In this document: positions 38,392 through 48,471 of the stretch, piece by piece
Layout: every line of letters starts with the position of its first letter
How positions within the stretch are numbered: position 1 is the stretch's first letter
Assembly: GCA_964618805.1 (NCBI GenBank)
Contig: CAZUBM010000014.1
Coordinates: 1-54,465 of the forward strand
Source: an uncultured Nitrososphaerota archaeon
GTDB lineage: Archaea; Korarchaeota; Korarchaeia; Korarchaeales; Korarchaeaceae
Direction of reading: 5' to 3'
DNA length: 54,465 bases
Position numbers and translations under genes: made by a program
Notes under the pieces: model-generated
The model's input: the letters and a program-made list of their open reading frames with translations, nothing else
Databases searched by the model: none
What the model was told of the DNA's origin: nothing

Positions 38392-40173
38392 GTGAATGTT
38401 TTGAAAGAAAAAAGGAAGTTCACCTTTAGAGCTGTAGCTATAGGTTTGTTCTTCGCAGCCCTTACCACCGTTCTAAACGCATATGTTGGTATAAACTTTG
38501 GAATGGGTTTTGGATTTGGTGTTGTGACGATTATCGTATCATATGCAATCCTCCATAAAATTCTTGGTGGTAGTTCTAGGGGAGAGCTAGGTGTTGCTTA
38601 CATCATCAGCACCTCTACCCTCGTAGCTCACTGGATATTGGGCTTGGCTATATTCCTTTCAGAGCGATTTTCTGATGTCTCTTTTCCATCCTGGCTATAT
38701 CCCCCAAACACAGACCCTTCCTTAGGCTTTAGGATTTGGCTAAAGCCTATATTAATCCTGTTCTCCCTTGAGCTAGTTGCAACAGCCTTAGGTCTCATAT
38801 TTAGTGTTCTTTTGAGCGAAGAATTCGTAAAGAGCGAAAAGATGGTATTTCCTAATTATGCGGCTTCTGCGTCTCTCATAGATGCTTGCATAAGAGGAGG
38901 TGGAGAAGCAAGGTTAGTTGGGATATCTGCTCTGATAGGCCTTATAATTACGATCTCTCAGTACGCTTTGAGTGCTTTAGGGATAAACTTAGTGAACATA
39001 AACCTTACTCCATATCTGCCAAAAGGAGCCGTCTTCGCCATTACTTTAAGCCTAGGATTTGCTGCTGTTGGCTATATAATAAGCGCTCAAGTCTCTTTGA
39101 GCCTAATGCTCTCTGGCCTTCTTACTTACCTAGTTTTAGCCCCTTACCTAGTTTCCCATAACATTGTGGAATACTCGGAAAGCATTCAGGAATTTTACAA
39201 CAACATGATTTTCGGCTTTTCGATCTCTCCAGCGATAGGTATGTTGATTTTGGGAGGTTTTGGGCTATCACTTTTGTTATTCCTTAAGGGAAAAATAGGA
39301 AAGGAGGGAGAAGAGAGAAAAGGTAATGAGTCGCTAGGATACGTCCATTTGTACAAAACTCTATGGAGAAAGCTTCTTAGAAGAAAAAAGCTGGCTATAA
39401 CCTCCTTTTCTTTATTAATATCTCTCTTGGTTGCAGCTTATGCCTTAAATCCCTTTTATCCTCTCCCAAGGTGGTTTCCCGTCGCCTTCGTAGCATACTC
39501 TTCCTTCTTTGCAAGCTTCGTCGAGATCGTAATACTTACCAAGATGGCAGGGGAGACCGGCATGTCGATGGGGACAACTGGGATAATTCTTTACGACATT
39601 CCTGTTTTCACAACGGGTTACAGGGGTTACACGGGCTACATGGTTGCCTCCTACTTTAGGCCAAATCCATGGACGGCTCCTAGCATAACAGGCTTGGTGA
39701 AGTACAGAGAGTCCTTAGATGTCAGCATAAAAGATATCGTTAAGGCTAAGCTGATAGGTTGGCTCCCAACTTTTGCGATAAGCGCTTTAGTTACAATAGC
39801 ATTATGGAGATATCTTGGTTTTGGAAATGAACAAATGCCAGCAGCAGGGCTGCTTCAAAGCAGTATCTATGTAAGGATGCTTGCTACAGGAAACGTAAGA
39901 GGAACGGTAGATCCAACCATGTTTGTTGCAGGTGGAGTAATTGGGGCCCTTTTGGAGGTAGCTACCCCTCTCTCCATGACTGGCTTGGCAATGGGAATGA
40001 TACTTCCGCCCAACTACATCATCCCTATAGCTTTGGGTGGTTTTTCAAGGTTAATAACGGATAAAAAGTTAGGGAAGAAATGGTATAAGGAAAGAGGAAT
40101 GCTCATAGCAACTGGGCTGTTAGCTAGCTCGATAATAACTCAAGTCATCATGACAATCCTAATGACCCTTTGA
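38392..40173 (+). CDS. OPT-family oligopeptide transporter-like membrane protein
   Basis: FTFRAVAIG, EKMVFP, MAGETGMS, MPAAG, AMGMILP; many TMs. Confidence 0.75.
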   Translation: MNVLKEKRKFTFRAVAIGLFFAALTTVLNAYVGINFGMGFGFGVVTIIVSYAILHKILGGSSRGELGVAYIISTSTLVAHWILGLAIFLSERFSDVSFPSWLYPPNTDPSLGFRIWLKPILILFSLELVATALGLIFSVLLSEEFVKSEKMVFPNYAASASLIDACIRGGGEARLVGISALIGLIITISQYALSALGINLVNINLTPYLPKGAVFAITLSLGFAAVGYIISAQVSLSLMLSGLLTYLVLAPYLVSHNIVEYSESIQEFYNNMIFGFSISPAIGMLILGGFGLSLLLFLKGKIGKEGEERKGNESLGYVHLYKTLWRKLLRRKKLAITSFSLLISLLVAAYALNPFYPLPRWFPVAFVAYSSFFASFVEIVILTKMAGETGMSMGTTGIILYDIPVFTTGYRGYTGYMVASYFRPNPWTAPSITGLVKYRESLDVSIKDIVKAKLIGWLPTFAISALVTIALWRYLGFGNEQMPAAGLLQSSIYVRMLATGNVRGTVDPTMFVAGGVIGALLEVATPLSMTGLAMGMILPPNYIIPIALGGFSRLITDKKLGKKWYKERGMLIATGLLASSIITQVIMTILMTL

Positions 40174-40233
40174 ACAAGACTGCTTTTGCCAAGAAGGTTG
40201 ACTAAATTCCTCTAATATGAGATTGTGCTTTAA

Positions 40234-41014
40234 CTATTCGACTGGAATAAGATATGCTTTTGGATATCCTTCATCGAAGGTAGTTTCTAGGATCATAGCC
40301 CCGTTTCTGGAACTATACCATAAAAGATAATGCTGCCTCCCTCTGGCCTTATCTTAGAGTGAGTACTTGCTAGATGAACTACCCTCCTTGGAATCTTCTG
40401 ACACTCTTTCAGGACTACAAAACAGAAGACGTTGTTCGTCTTGACCCACGATCCGACGTGATATAAGAATTCCAGTGCGCCATCATGACCTAACTCATTT
40501 TCCAATGTGTCTAGACCTATCATCATGTAGAGAGATCCGTCCTTAGATTTCTCAATAAGATCTGCAGAATAATTGATGAACTTATTTGCTGCTTCTTCAG
40601 GGTCCCTTAAGTGTAGTGGCAGGACGTATTCCCCCTCCGATCCTCTCTGCGCTAGGAGGAGGAAGGACGAACCTAAGCCTTTGACTAGGTCCTGGCGAGA
40701 TGTGACCTTTTTCACAAAGTTCTCAACTATGTCCTTCCCTCTGAAGGCAGTGCTGGGAAAATTGATTAAAGAACCTCCTCTCTGTAAATGTACTTGGCCT
40801 GCGGGCACAAGAAAAGCTATATACCTGCTTCCTACGCCTTCATACACCTCTAATAGGTTAATAGAGCCCTTTGTCCATCCTCCTCCAAGGATCTCATCGA
40901 ACCCCTGTATTTTCGATGGAAAGGCCCTTTTTCCGTAAGAGGAGCTGGTTCAACTTGTTTTCTCTGTTTCTCTGGTATTAGCTCCCATCTCTAGGGTTCA
41001 GAATACCTAAACAT
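40234..41014 (-). pseudogene. GvpD/KaiC-like RecA-superfamily protein, C-terminal remnant
   Basis: RWELIPE, GFDEILGGGWTKGSINLLE, IGLDTLE, FYGIVPET and GYPKAYLIPVE, interrupted by stops and frameshifts; the N-terminal half is absent. Confidence 0.65.
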
Positions 41015-41144
41015 GCCGTTACGGAGCGTAAAGACGTATTTGCTTCTTCCTATCTCTATTCCTCTCAGTTTTCCAGAATCAACTCCCTTACAAGCCTTCC
41101 TTCAACTTCCAACTTTCTCAAGGTAACTATCCCGTCGACCCTCT

Positions 41145-41444
41145 CACATAGAAGAGAACGGTACCCTGGAAATAGTGATGCTGGATCCCGAGGAACAACC
41201 TATTACAGGGCTTGAAGTTGACCTTTGGACAATAGATGCTCCTCCTGGGCCTCCAGACGCTGGGATAGCTAGAACGAACGAAAGCGGGGTAGCAACTTTC
41301 AGAGTCCCTTCAGGAAGGTATAAAGTAGGCTTTAACCTTATGAACTTCCCAGAGCAGTTTATATGTCCATCTTGGATGAGCGTTGCTGTAAGTGAAGGCG
41401 AAACCACGGTAAAGGTAATTAAGTTAAACAAGGAGGGAGGGTAG
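41145..41444 (+). pseudogene. Carboxypeptidase-regulatory-like / prealbumin-fold domain, probably the 3' remnant of a surface protein
   Basis: GTLEIVMLDPEEQPITGLEVDL, RTNESGVATFRVPSGRYKV; no in-frame signal peptide. Confidence 0.5.
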
Positions 41445-41660
41445 AAGCTTCAAACTTGATAGTTTTAGTTTCTTTAAGCTTAGAAAGCAGTCTTAACCGT
41501 AGACTATGAAATTTCAAAAACAAGTAGACAATCTCACTTGTAATATTTCAAATATGCGAATGTCAAGGGAATGCATTTCATCAACAGATGGAACAAAAGT
41601 AAAGGGCTTCGTAAGGAATGTCTTTTGCAATTTTTAAGTAATTACGTGCAAGTAAAGAGC

Positions 41661-42194
41661 ATGCCGTTAGAAGAAGTTCCATTTGAAAGGTTTCCCTACT
41701 TGCTTCATCCCTACAGGGCAGTACTTGTTACTTGTGGGATGAAAAAGCCTAACATAATAGCAATAGCATGGATCATGCCTGTTAGCAGGAATCCTCCCCT
41801 CCTAGCCTTGTCAGTGAGTCCAAAACGCTATTCTCACAAGCTCATAGTTGAGGACGGAGAATTTGTGGTGAATATTCCTCCATATGAACTCAGGAAGAAA
41901 GTACTATTTTGTGGAAGGAAGTCAGGTAAGGATTTAGACAAGTTTGAGGCAACGGGCTTGACGAAAGAACCATCAAAGAAGGTTAAAGTACCAAGGATAG
42001 GGGAATGTGTTGCATTTCTTGAGTGCAAGCTTGAAATGGCAATTCCAGCTGGAGACCACGACATCTTCGTTGGAAGGGTTGTTAGCGCGTATGTTAAGGA
42101 GGGAGTTTTGACGGAGCGCAGTGTATACGACTTAAAAGTCGTTAATCCCTTGCTTCACTTGGGCAGAGACGAGTTTACTACTACTAAAACCTGA
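41661..42194 (+). CDS. Flavin reductase family protein (DIM6/NTAB)
   Basis: PNIIAIAW, GEFVVNIP, CGRKSG, DKF, GDHDIFVG; start taken at MPLEEV. Confidence 0.9.
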   Translation: MPLEEVPFERFPYLLHPYRAVLVTCGMKKPNIIAIAWIMPVSRNPPLLALSVSPKRYSHKLIVEDGEFVVNIPPYELRKKVLFCGRKSGKDLDKFEATGLTKEPSKKVKVPRIGECVAFLECKLEMAIPAGDHDIFVGRVVSAYVKEGVLTERSVYDLKVVNPLLHLGRDEFTTTKT

Positions 42195-42862
42195 ATTTCG
42201 AGGAGATTAGCTCTAGATGTTTAGTGTCTTATGGATCTTAGTTCTCCAACCTCCATTCATGAAAACTTTGAATTCCTTAGGAAAGGTTCAAGACTTTAAA
42301 AACATAGAAAAACACTCTTACTACGAGGTATGTTTCGTTGGAAAAACCTAGAAGAAGGGTTAAAAGGAGAATTCCTCGATTGTGGAGGGAACATTATCGT
42401 AGAACAGAGAGAGATAGGATAGTGCGCAAAATGTTTTATTATAAAGAGATTTTGAGAAAATTCCCAAAAATTGCAAAGAAAAAGAAAATAATTCCATAAG
42501 TAACTTGTTGTTGTAAAAATTGTTGTAAAGGGAAATAACGGAACTAATTTTTAGAATATTTCCTATTCCTGTGTAAAGCAGTCTTGAGTGTTTGTGCTAT
42601 AGAGAAGCCGACAATACTAGTTAGATCGTGTATATCCAGTTAGAAAAATTCTTTTGGAATTCCAAGCAGTTAATGTAGAGGCAGAATACATATTCAACGG
42701 ACATTTTTACATAATGAGTTTTAAGAAGCCATAGAGTAAGATAACTGGGGTTTCTCTTTTATTCAAGCAAAAGTGGTCTTTTTGGACTTTTTGGTCAGTT
42801 TTTGGGTATTTAGAAGGGGAATTTTATATTTCCATGTTGTTCAATTGATCGAGTTGATTTAG

Positions 42863-45375
42863 CTGTCTCTTGTAACCAAATCCAACGTAAGAGCTTCCCT
42901 TGGAACTCCTTTGCTTCTTTGCATCATATTCATTAGCTGTCTTTTAGCTAGGTTCGTTGAAGTAATCTGCCAGCCTTCACATACCATAACGTTAAACGAA
43001 ACAAATGTAGACGTTTTTTTGACTGGAACTCAGGACTTCCTGTTCCTGGGGAGGCTTGGCACAATGTTATAAGTCTTTATGCTGAGATTTCGCCCTTGGA
43101 AGTCTCCGTTACAGTAACAATGGCATCTAACTTCCCACAGAACGCTTGGTTTAGCGTTGAACTTGCCTTAGACACGGATTTAGATGAGAGAACCGGGCAA
43201 TCTACACCAACTTATGCGTTCAACGGTATTGGAGCTGATTTTGACGTAGGAGTTGAAGTGAAGAACGGTGTTATCCTTTCTAAATGGATGGAGAACTTCA
43301 CAAACGGCGGATGGTCAAAAATAGGCGAGCCATTCGTTGACTTAGGCACTAATTACGTCAAGATAACTTTTCTTCGCTCAGATATCCTAGCGTCAGGAAG
43401 TAACGTTCAAAAGTCAGCTCGCTTTATGACCTTTGTCCTAGCTGGTCTAGCTACGGATGCTGTGCCGAATTTTGGCGAAGAACCTCCGGAACTCTGGCTA
43501 AGCTTTCCTCCTAAGGCCCAAATAGAAGCAGTCCCAGAGGTTGCTGAGGGAACTGAGATTCTTTTAAATGGCTCCGCCTCGGTGCCCTTTGATGCTACTA
43601 TAGTGCAGTATGAATGGGACTTGAACGGAGATGGGGTGCCGGACTACTCCTCAGAACTCCCTTGGATTGTAGCGGTATACTCTGACGATGCTGTCGTGCA
43701 AATTACCTTGTGGGTGAGAGATGTGCTCGGCCTTACTGACAACGTTACCCATCTAATTACCGTTTTCAACGTTCCACCTTCTAATCTAAGTATCTTTACG
43801 AATGGATCTTTCATTAAAGGAGAGGAAATCACGTTCAGCGGCCAAGCTTTCGATCTAGGAACGGATATTCTTACTTATACGTGGGACTTCGGAGATGGGA
43901 ATTTTGCTGAAGGGCGGGTCGTGACCCACATCTACCAAAGCGAGGGGAGCTATGAGGTAACCCTTAACGTAACGGATGACGACGGTGGAACTAGCATTAC
44001 GAAAATTAGAGTTGAGATAAGCACCACGGCTCAGCCAACTCTAACCCCATATACTCCAAGTATCTCAATTAGTAAGATTTCCCCATCAAAGGAAAATCCG
44101 AAGGAAGGAGAAGGGGTTTCATTTGTCATAACTGTGTTCTACGAGGGCAGAGGTACTCTAGCTGGAGTACTTAAGGTTTTCATTGATGATCCAGAGGGAA
44201 GAGGAACGCCATTTTGGCAGGTTCCTGTAGAGCTGAAGCCGGGAGGCAATGATTTCACAAGCCCTGAATGGATCTCTGAGCCGGGAGAGCATGATGTCTT
44301 GGTTGAAGTTGAAGCAGGCGAAGGAGTTGAGCCTGTCAACGAGACGATTAAGATTCTAGTTGCAGCTACAACAGCTATCCTTCCGCTTTTAGGGCTATCT
44401 GGGATGATATTTCTGATTTTCATAATTTTTTATTGAAGAGACCCAAGAAAGGCGATTATTGCAAGGAACATCCTGAAGTCGTTAAGGAAGAGGAAGATAA
44501 GTGTTGGGACTCCAGATTGGAATTGGAATCAAGAATTGGTGATATTAGAGATAAATTTGAAGAGAAAAGGAAGAAATGGGATGAATACACAAGAAAAATC
44601 GGGCGTCTTCTAATTGAATGGGATACAACTGTCGCCTTGATCTCCAACTGGATTGGAGCTGAGAAGGAAATATATGAAGAAGCAGAAAAGGTTCAGCAGA
44701 TAGCCAATTTAGTTAATTCCGCTAGAAAAAATGCTGTAAAGGCTTTTCAAAGAAGGAGGAGAGGCTGTAATGAAGGAAATGGGAAAAGATTTAGCTAAGG
44801 AAGTGGCAAAAAGCTTTTTAAGGGAGGTTTCAGACACAATATCAACTCTTCTAGACCTTGAGGATTGGGCGATAAGGGAAATAGGGGTAGGTATTGCAAA
44901 GGGACTGATTGGTATTGATCCTAGAAAGAACGTTATAAAGCTTAGGAAACGTGCTGAAATCCTTTGCACAGAACTCGAGTCCTGGGTGAGCCACAGAGTT
45001 GCTTGGAACTCGGGTAGGAGACCGCCAGATACATTACAGAGCTGTATTGAAGAGATGCAGGAACTTCTTGACGCCATAGACAAGCTGATAGAGGAGTTCA
45101 AAAACGCCGTCGCTGGCTTTAGGTGTGTGGATTGCGACATACCTGAGGAGATACTCAGCGAAATAGCAAAACTAAGGGATGAGTTAAACAGATACATGAA
45201 ATCCTTCGGAGATCTCATCAACGAGATAGAGAAGAGGTTAAGACAGGCACTAAGGCTCTTCAAGAGGAAAGATGTGTACCCAAAGCCTGGATATGAGTGG
45301 ATGAGCAAGAGCAAGAGGCTCACAAATGAAGTCCGCAGAACACTTAGGGAAAGCAAAGAGGGACGCAAGAGCTGA
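42863..45375 (+). pseudogene. PKD-domain single-pass membrane protein with a large helical cytoplasmic domain, split by three frameshifts (ORFs 43096..44436, 44433..44798, 44770..45375)
   Basis: Signal peptide from about 42863, LDTDLDERTG sugar-binding-like domain, PKD motifs YEWDLNGDG and YTWDFGDG...VTDDDG, a CARDB-like domain, a TM, then KRPKK. Single-base fixes at T7 (43014-43020), T6 (44426-44431) and T4 (44744-44747) give one ORF of about 837 aa. Confidence 0.75.
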
Positions 45376-45496
45376 GTGAAGCTTAATTATCCGTTTCTCT
45401 CCAAAATGATAGGACTGGGTAATTCGAAACAGAATAAATTGGATCAATTTTTAGTCAGAAAACTTTTTTGGAATAAACCGCTGAGCTTGAGACGAT

Positions 45497-46765
45497 ATGT
45501 CAATTGCTGATTTGATCATTGTTGGCGCAGGTCCTGCTGGCTCGTCTGCATCCATATTCGCTTCAAGGCTTGGAATGGATGTTCTAATCCTCGAAAAACA
45601 GAGAAAGGGGCGAGATAAGTTCTGTGCGGGTGGGATAACTTATGGAGCACATAAATTGATGGTAGAGAGTATAGGGAAGGAGATAAGTGAAACTATAGAC
45701 TTGAGGTACGAGGGAGCTGTTGTTTTTTCCCCTTCAGGAAGGGAGCTTGTCCTCAGGTTGTCTGAGAAGTTGTGCAAGCTTGGAGGGCTTGTCTTGAGGT
45801 CTATCTTTGACTCCAAACTCATGGAAATTGCTGAATCAGAAGGCGCCGAGCTTAGAGAGAAAAAAGATGTCGTTAGAGTTAGGGCAAATGGGGATGGGGT
45901 TGTGGCTGTAACAAGGGAGGGAGAAGAGTTCAGGGGAAGGTACTTGGTTATTGCCACAGGGTCAGGAGACAGGCTCGGAGAGCAACTTGGGATACCACCT
46001 CAGAGAAAGGAGGGGATGGGTGGCTGCTGGGGGACAGAGGTTAAGTTTGACGTTCAGAGGCTTAAGAAGGAGTGGATAGGGAGGTGGGGGATCCTTCCTA
46101 TATTCCTCTTCTTCGGTCCTGTTCCATCTGGTTACGGCTGGGTCTTTCCAAAGAGGGAATTCCTCAATATAGGGATAGGCACAAATCTCTCCTACTTCAA
46201 AGATCATGAAGAGAAGTTCTCCTCTTTTCTTAGAACAGCAATAGATAGTGGAGTTCTACCGAATATGGAGATAAAGCACGATCGGGCTGCATCTATACCC
46301 TTCGGAAAGGTTCCTAGGCAGAAGACTTACAGCCAAAATGGCAGAACCCTGCTCGTAGGGGATGCAGCTGGTTTTGTCCACCCGGTTACGGGAGAGGGGA
46401 TATATCAAGCGATTCACGGCTCTTTAATAGCAGCAAGGGTTCTTAAGGTGGCCCTGGACAGAGAAGATCCCTCCTTCCTGCACAAGTATGAGGAAAGGTG
46501 GTGGAAAGAGTTCGGGGAAGATGTCTTCGGCTATGGCAGGAGGATAGCTAGTCTCCTCTACGGCTCCTCCTTCATGATGGAAATGGGAGTTAAGCTAGCG
46601 ATGTGTGATGAGGAGGCTTCTAGAAGGCTCGGTTTACTTATATTTCATTATGACGGAGAGGTTTCCAGGAGGATGTACGAAATACTTAGCGGTTTGAATC
46701 TCATTCGCTTAACCTTAAAATCCCTCAGAGCTCCTAAGAGAGCCGAATATTTGATCAGCATTTAG
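45497..46765 (+). CDS. Geranylgeranyl reductase family FAD-dependent oxidoreductase
   Basis: GAGPAG, DKFCAGGI, PSGYGWVFPK, LVGDAAGFVHPVTGEGI. Confidence 0.9.
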   Translation: MSIADLIIVGAGPAGSSASIFASRLGMDVLILEKQRKGRDKFCAGGITYGAHKLMVESIGKEISETIDLRYEGAVVFSPSGRELVLRLSEKLCKLGGLVLRSIFDSKLMEIAESEGAELREKKDVVRVRANGDGVVAVTREGEEFRGRYLVIATGSGDRLGEQLGIPPQRKEGMGGCWGTEVKFDVQRLKKEWIGRWGILPIFLFFGPVPSGYGWVFPKREFLNIGIGTNLSYFKDHEEKFSSFLRTAIDSGVLPNMEIKHDRAASIPFGKVPRQKTYSQNGRTLLVGDAAGFVHPVTGEGIYQAIHGSLIAARVLKVALDREDPSFLHKYEERWWKEFGEDVFGYGRRIASLLYGSSFMMEMGVKLAMCDEEASRRLGLLIFHYDGEVSRRMYEILSGLNLIRLTLKSLRAPKRAEYLISI

Positions 46766-46774
46766 GTGTAGGAG

Positions 46775-47494
46775 ATGGAGAGGAGGAAATTTATCCCGTT
46801 CTTCGGGATCAAGGGTTCAGGGAAAAGCTCCTTGATAGCTGCCCTTTTTCCTAGTCTGGAGGTTAGTTACAAAGAACCGGAGTTCTACAAAGATTACATG
46901 ATTGAGGAGGAGTTCTACATCAGAGAGGTGAGTGGAAAGGAGGAGACAATTAGGATAATCCTTCCAGCTATGTCAAAGTGGAAGGTCGAGAGGGCAGTTA
47001 TGGTTTTTGATTTCTCAAAGAAGGAGAGCTTATCTTGGGTAATTGGGACGATTCCCCTGCTAAAGTGGAAGTTCCTCCTAGTTGGCAACAAAGCTGACCT
47101 GCCAGAAAGGGAGGTAAGCTTAGAAGAAGCATCATCCTTGGCTGAGAGGGAGGGAACTAGGCTATTTATAGTCTCGGCATTAACTGGAGATGGTGTAGAA
47201 GGGCTAAGAAAGGTATTGATGGGTGAAGCTCCCTTAGAAGAGATCCCAGCTCCACCAGTCCCAGCTCCTGCTTTGGCCTCGCGCAGCGACTACCTACCAA
47301 TTCCTTTGGAGATTTCCCCACCGACGGAGGGATTGAATGAGGTTGAGTTGAAACTTTTGGAACTTATAGATGGGAAGAAAACAGCCTCTGAACTGTCCAA
47401 TAAGCTTGGTGTCAATCTTAGAGTAGTCTACATTTACCTTAAGAGGCTCCATGCTAAGAGAAAAATAAAAGATCTTAAGTTGGTGGTGAAGTAA
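46775..47494 (+). CDS. Ras/Rab-like small GTPase fused to a C-terminal winged helix
   Basis: G1 GIKGSGKS, variant G3 REVSG, VFDFSKKESL, G4 NKAD, G5 SAL, a Pro-rich linker, and wHTH LLELIDGKKTASELSNKLG. Confidence 0.85.
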   Translation: MERRKFIPFFGIKGSGKSSLIAALFPSLEVSYKEPEFYKDYMIEEEFYIREVSGKEETIRIILPAMSKWKVERAVMVFDFSKKESLSWVIGTIPLLKWKFLLVGNKADLPEREVSLEEASSLAEREGTRLFIVSALTGDGVEGLRKVLMGEAPLEEIPAPPVPAPALASRSDYLPIPLEISPPTEGLNEVELKLLELIDGKKTASELSNKLGVNLRVVYIYLKRLHAKRKIKDLKLVVK

Positions 47495-47495
47495 G

Positions 47496-48152
47496 ATGAA
47501 GGAGTCCTTGGGTCTTTTGGCTGGAAGGTTTAGGAAGCACTTCAGTATGGAAACGGTAAGCGTGTACACGGTAAGAAACTTATACATCTCTTCTTTCATG
47601 AATCTTATTGAGATAGAGGGCTACAAGAAGGCCTCTGAGAGGGTGTTCTCTTGGGGATATGATATGGGGCACGATTACATGCTTACCCTAAGAAAGGATC
47701 TTGAAAGAGTGACGCCTTTCAAGGACTTCCCGTTTGTAGCCAAGCTTGCATGGTACATCTTCTCTGGCAAGTATCCTGCTGGTGTTAAGAGCTGGTGGGA
47801 AAAGTGGTTGGAAGCTGATGTATATCTCCTTAAGTTCTGGGACGATGACTCCCCTTGGTGCAGAGGAATAGAGTCGCCTGGGAAGAAGATCTGTTTCTAC
47901 CCAGCAGGGGCATATGAAGGAGCCTATCAGACAGCTCAGCTAATACTTGGTCTAGATAGGGTTGGAGTAGTTAGAGAACTTGCCTGTAAAGCTTCAGGAG
48001 ATGAGAGATGTGAGTGGCTAATCGTAGACCTGCCCTATGAAAGTGATAGGCAATTGGAAACCCTCCTGGAGGAAACTAGTAGGAGAATTCCAGGGTTTTT
48101 CGACGATATTTCCTCTACCTTTTCGCTTAAGCTAAGAAAGGGCATTTTCTAA
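47496..48152 (+). CDS. V4R-domain protein with Bet3/TRAPP-like features
   Basis: WGYDMG, FVAKLAWYIFSGK, PWC, ICFYPAGAYEG, VRELACKASGDERCEW. Confidence 0.8.
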   Translation: MKESLGLLAGRFRKHFSMETVSVYTVRNLYISSFMNLIEIEGYKKASERVFSWGYDMGHDYMLTLRKDLERVTPFKDFPFVAKLAWYIFSGKYPAGVKSWWEKWLEADVYLLKFWDDDSPWCRGIESPGKKICFYPAGAYEGAYQTAQLILGLDRVGVVRELACKASGDERCEWLIVDLPYESDRQLETLLEETSRRIPGFFDDISSTFSLKLRKGIF

Positions 48153-48471
48153 GCGTCCCCTCAGGAAGTGCGCCATGAACCATGGAATGAGAATCTGCAT
48201 TTGGTTCAGCACCTCTAAGACAAAGTTCAAGGAGTTAGAATAGGATGTTGTCTCCGAGTTGTATAAGGAGGCTAAGGATTGTTTAGTAAGCTGAAGGGCC
48301 TGCCCGGCTCAGGAGCGAAGAAGTTTGACTGAGCCAAAGGGCTTTATCTTTGAGAAGTTCATCGTTGCGAAAAATCTTGGTGAATCCTAGCCGCAACATT
48401 CAAATAGCTGGAATGCGTACTCGCAAACCTAAATTTAAACGTTTTACAACTCTTTTTAGAGGGGTTTAGGT

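Noticed and set aside
42300-42700. Replication origin (ORB-like TCCAGTTAGAAA in an AT-rich tract)
   Set aside because: A single degenerate match with no G-string and no adjacent cdc6/orc1.
45497-47494. GGR enzyme as a Rab-prenylation partner
   Set aside because: GGR is a reductase, not a prenyltransferase, and the GTPase has no Cys to be prenylated.
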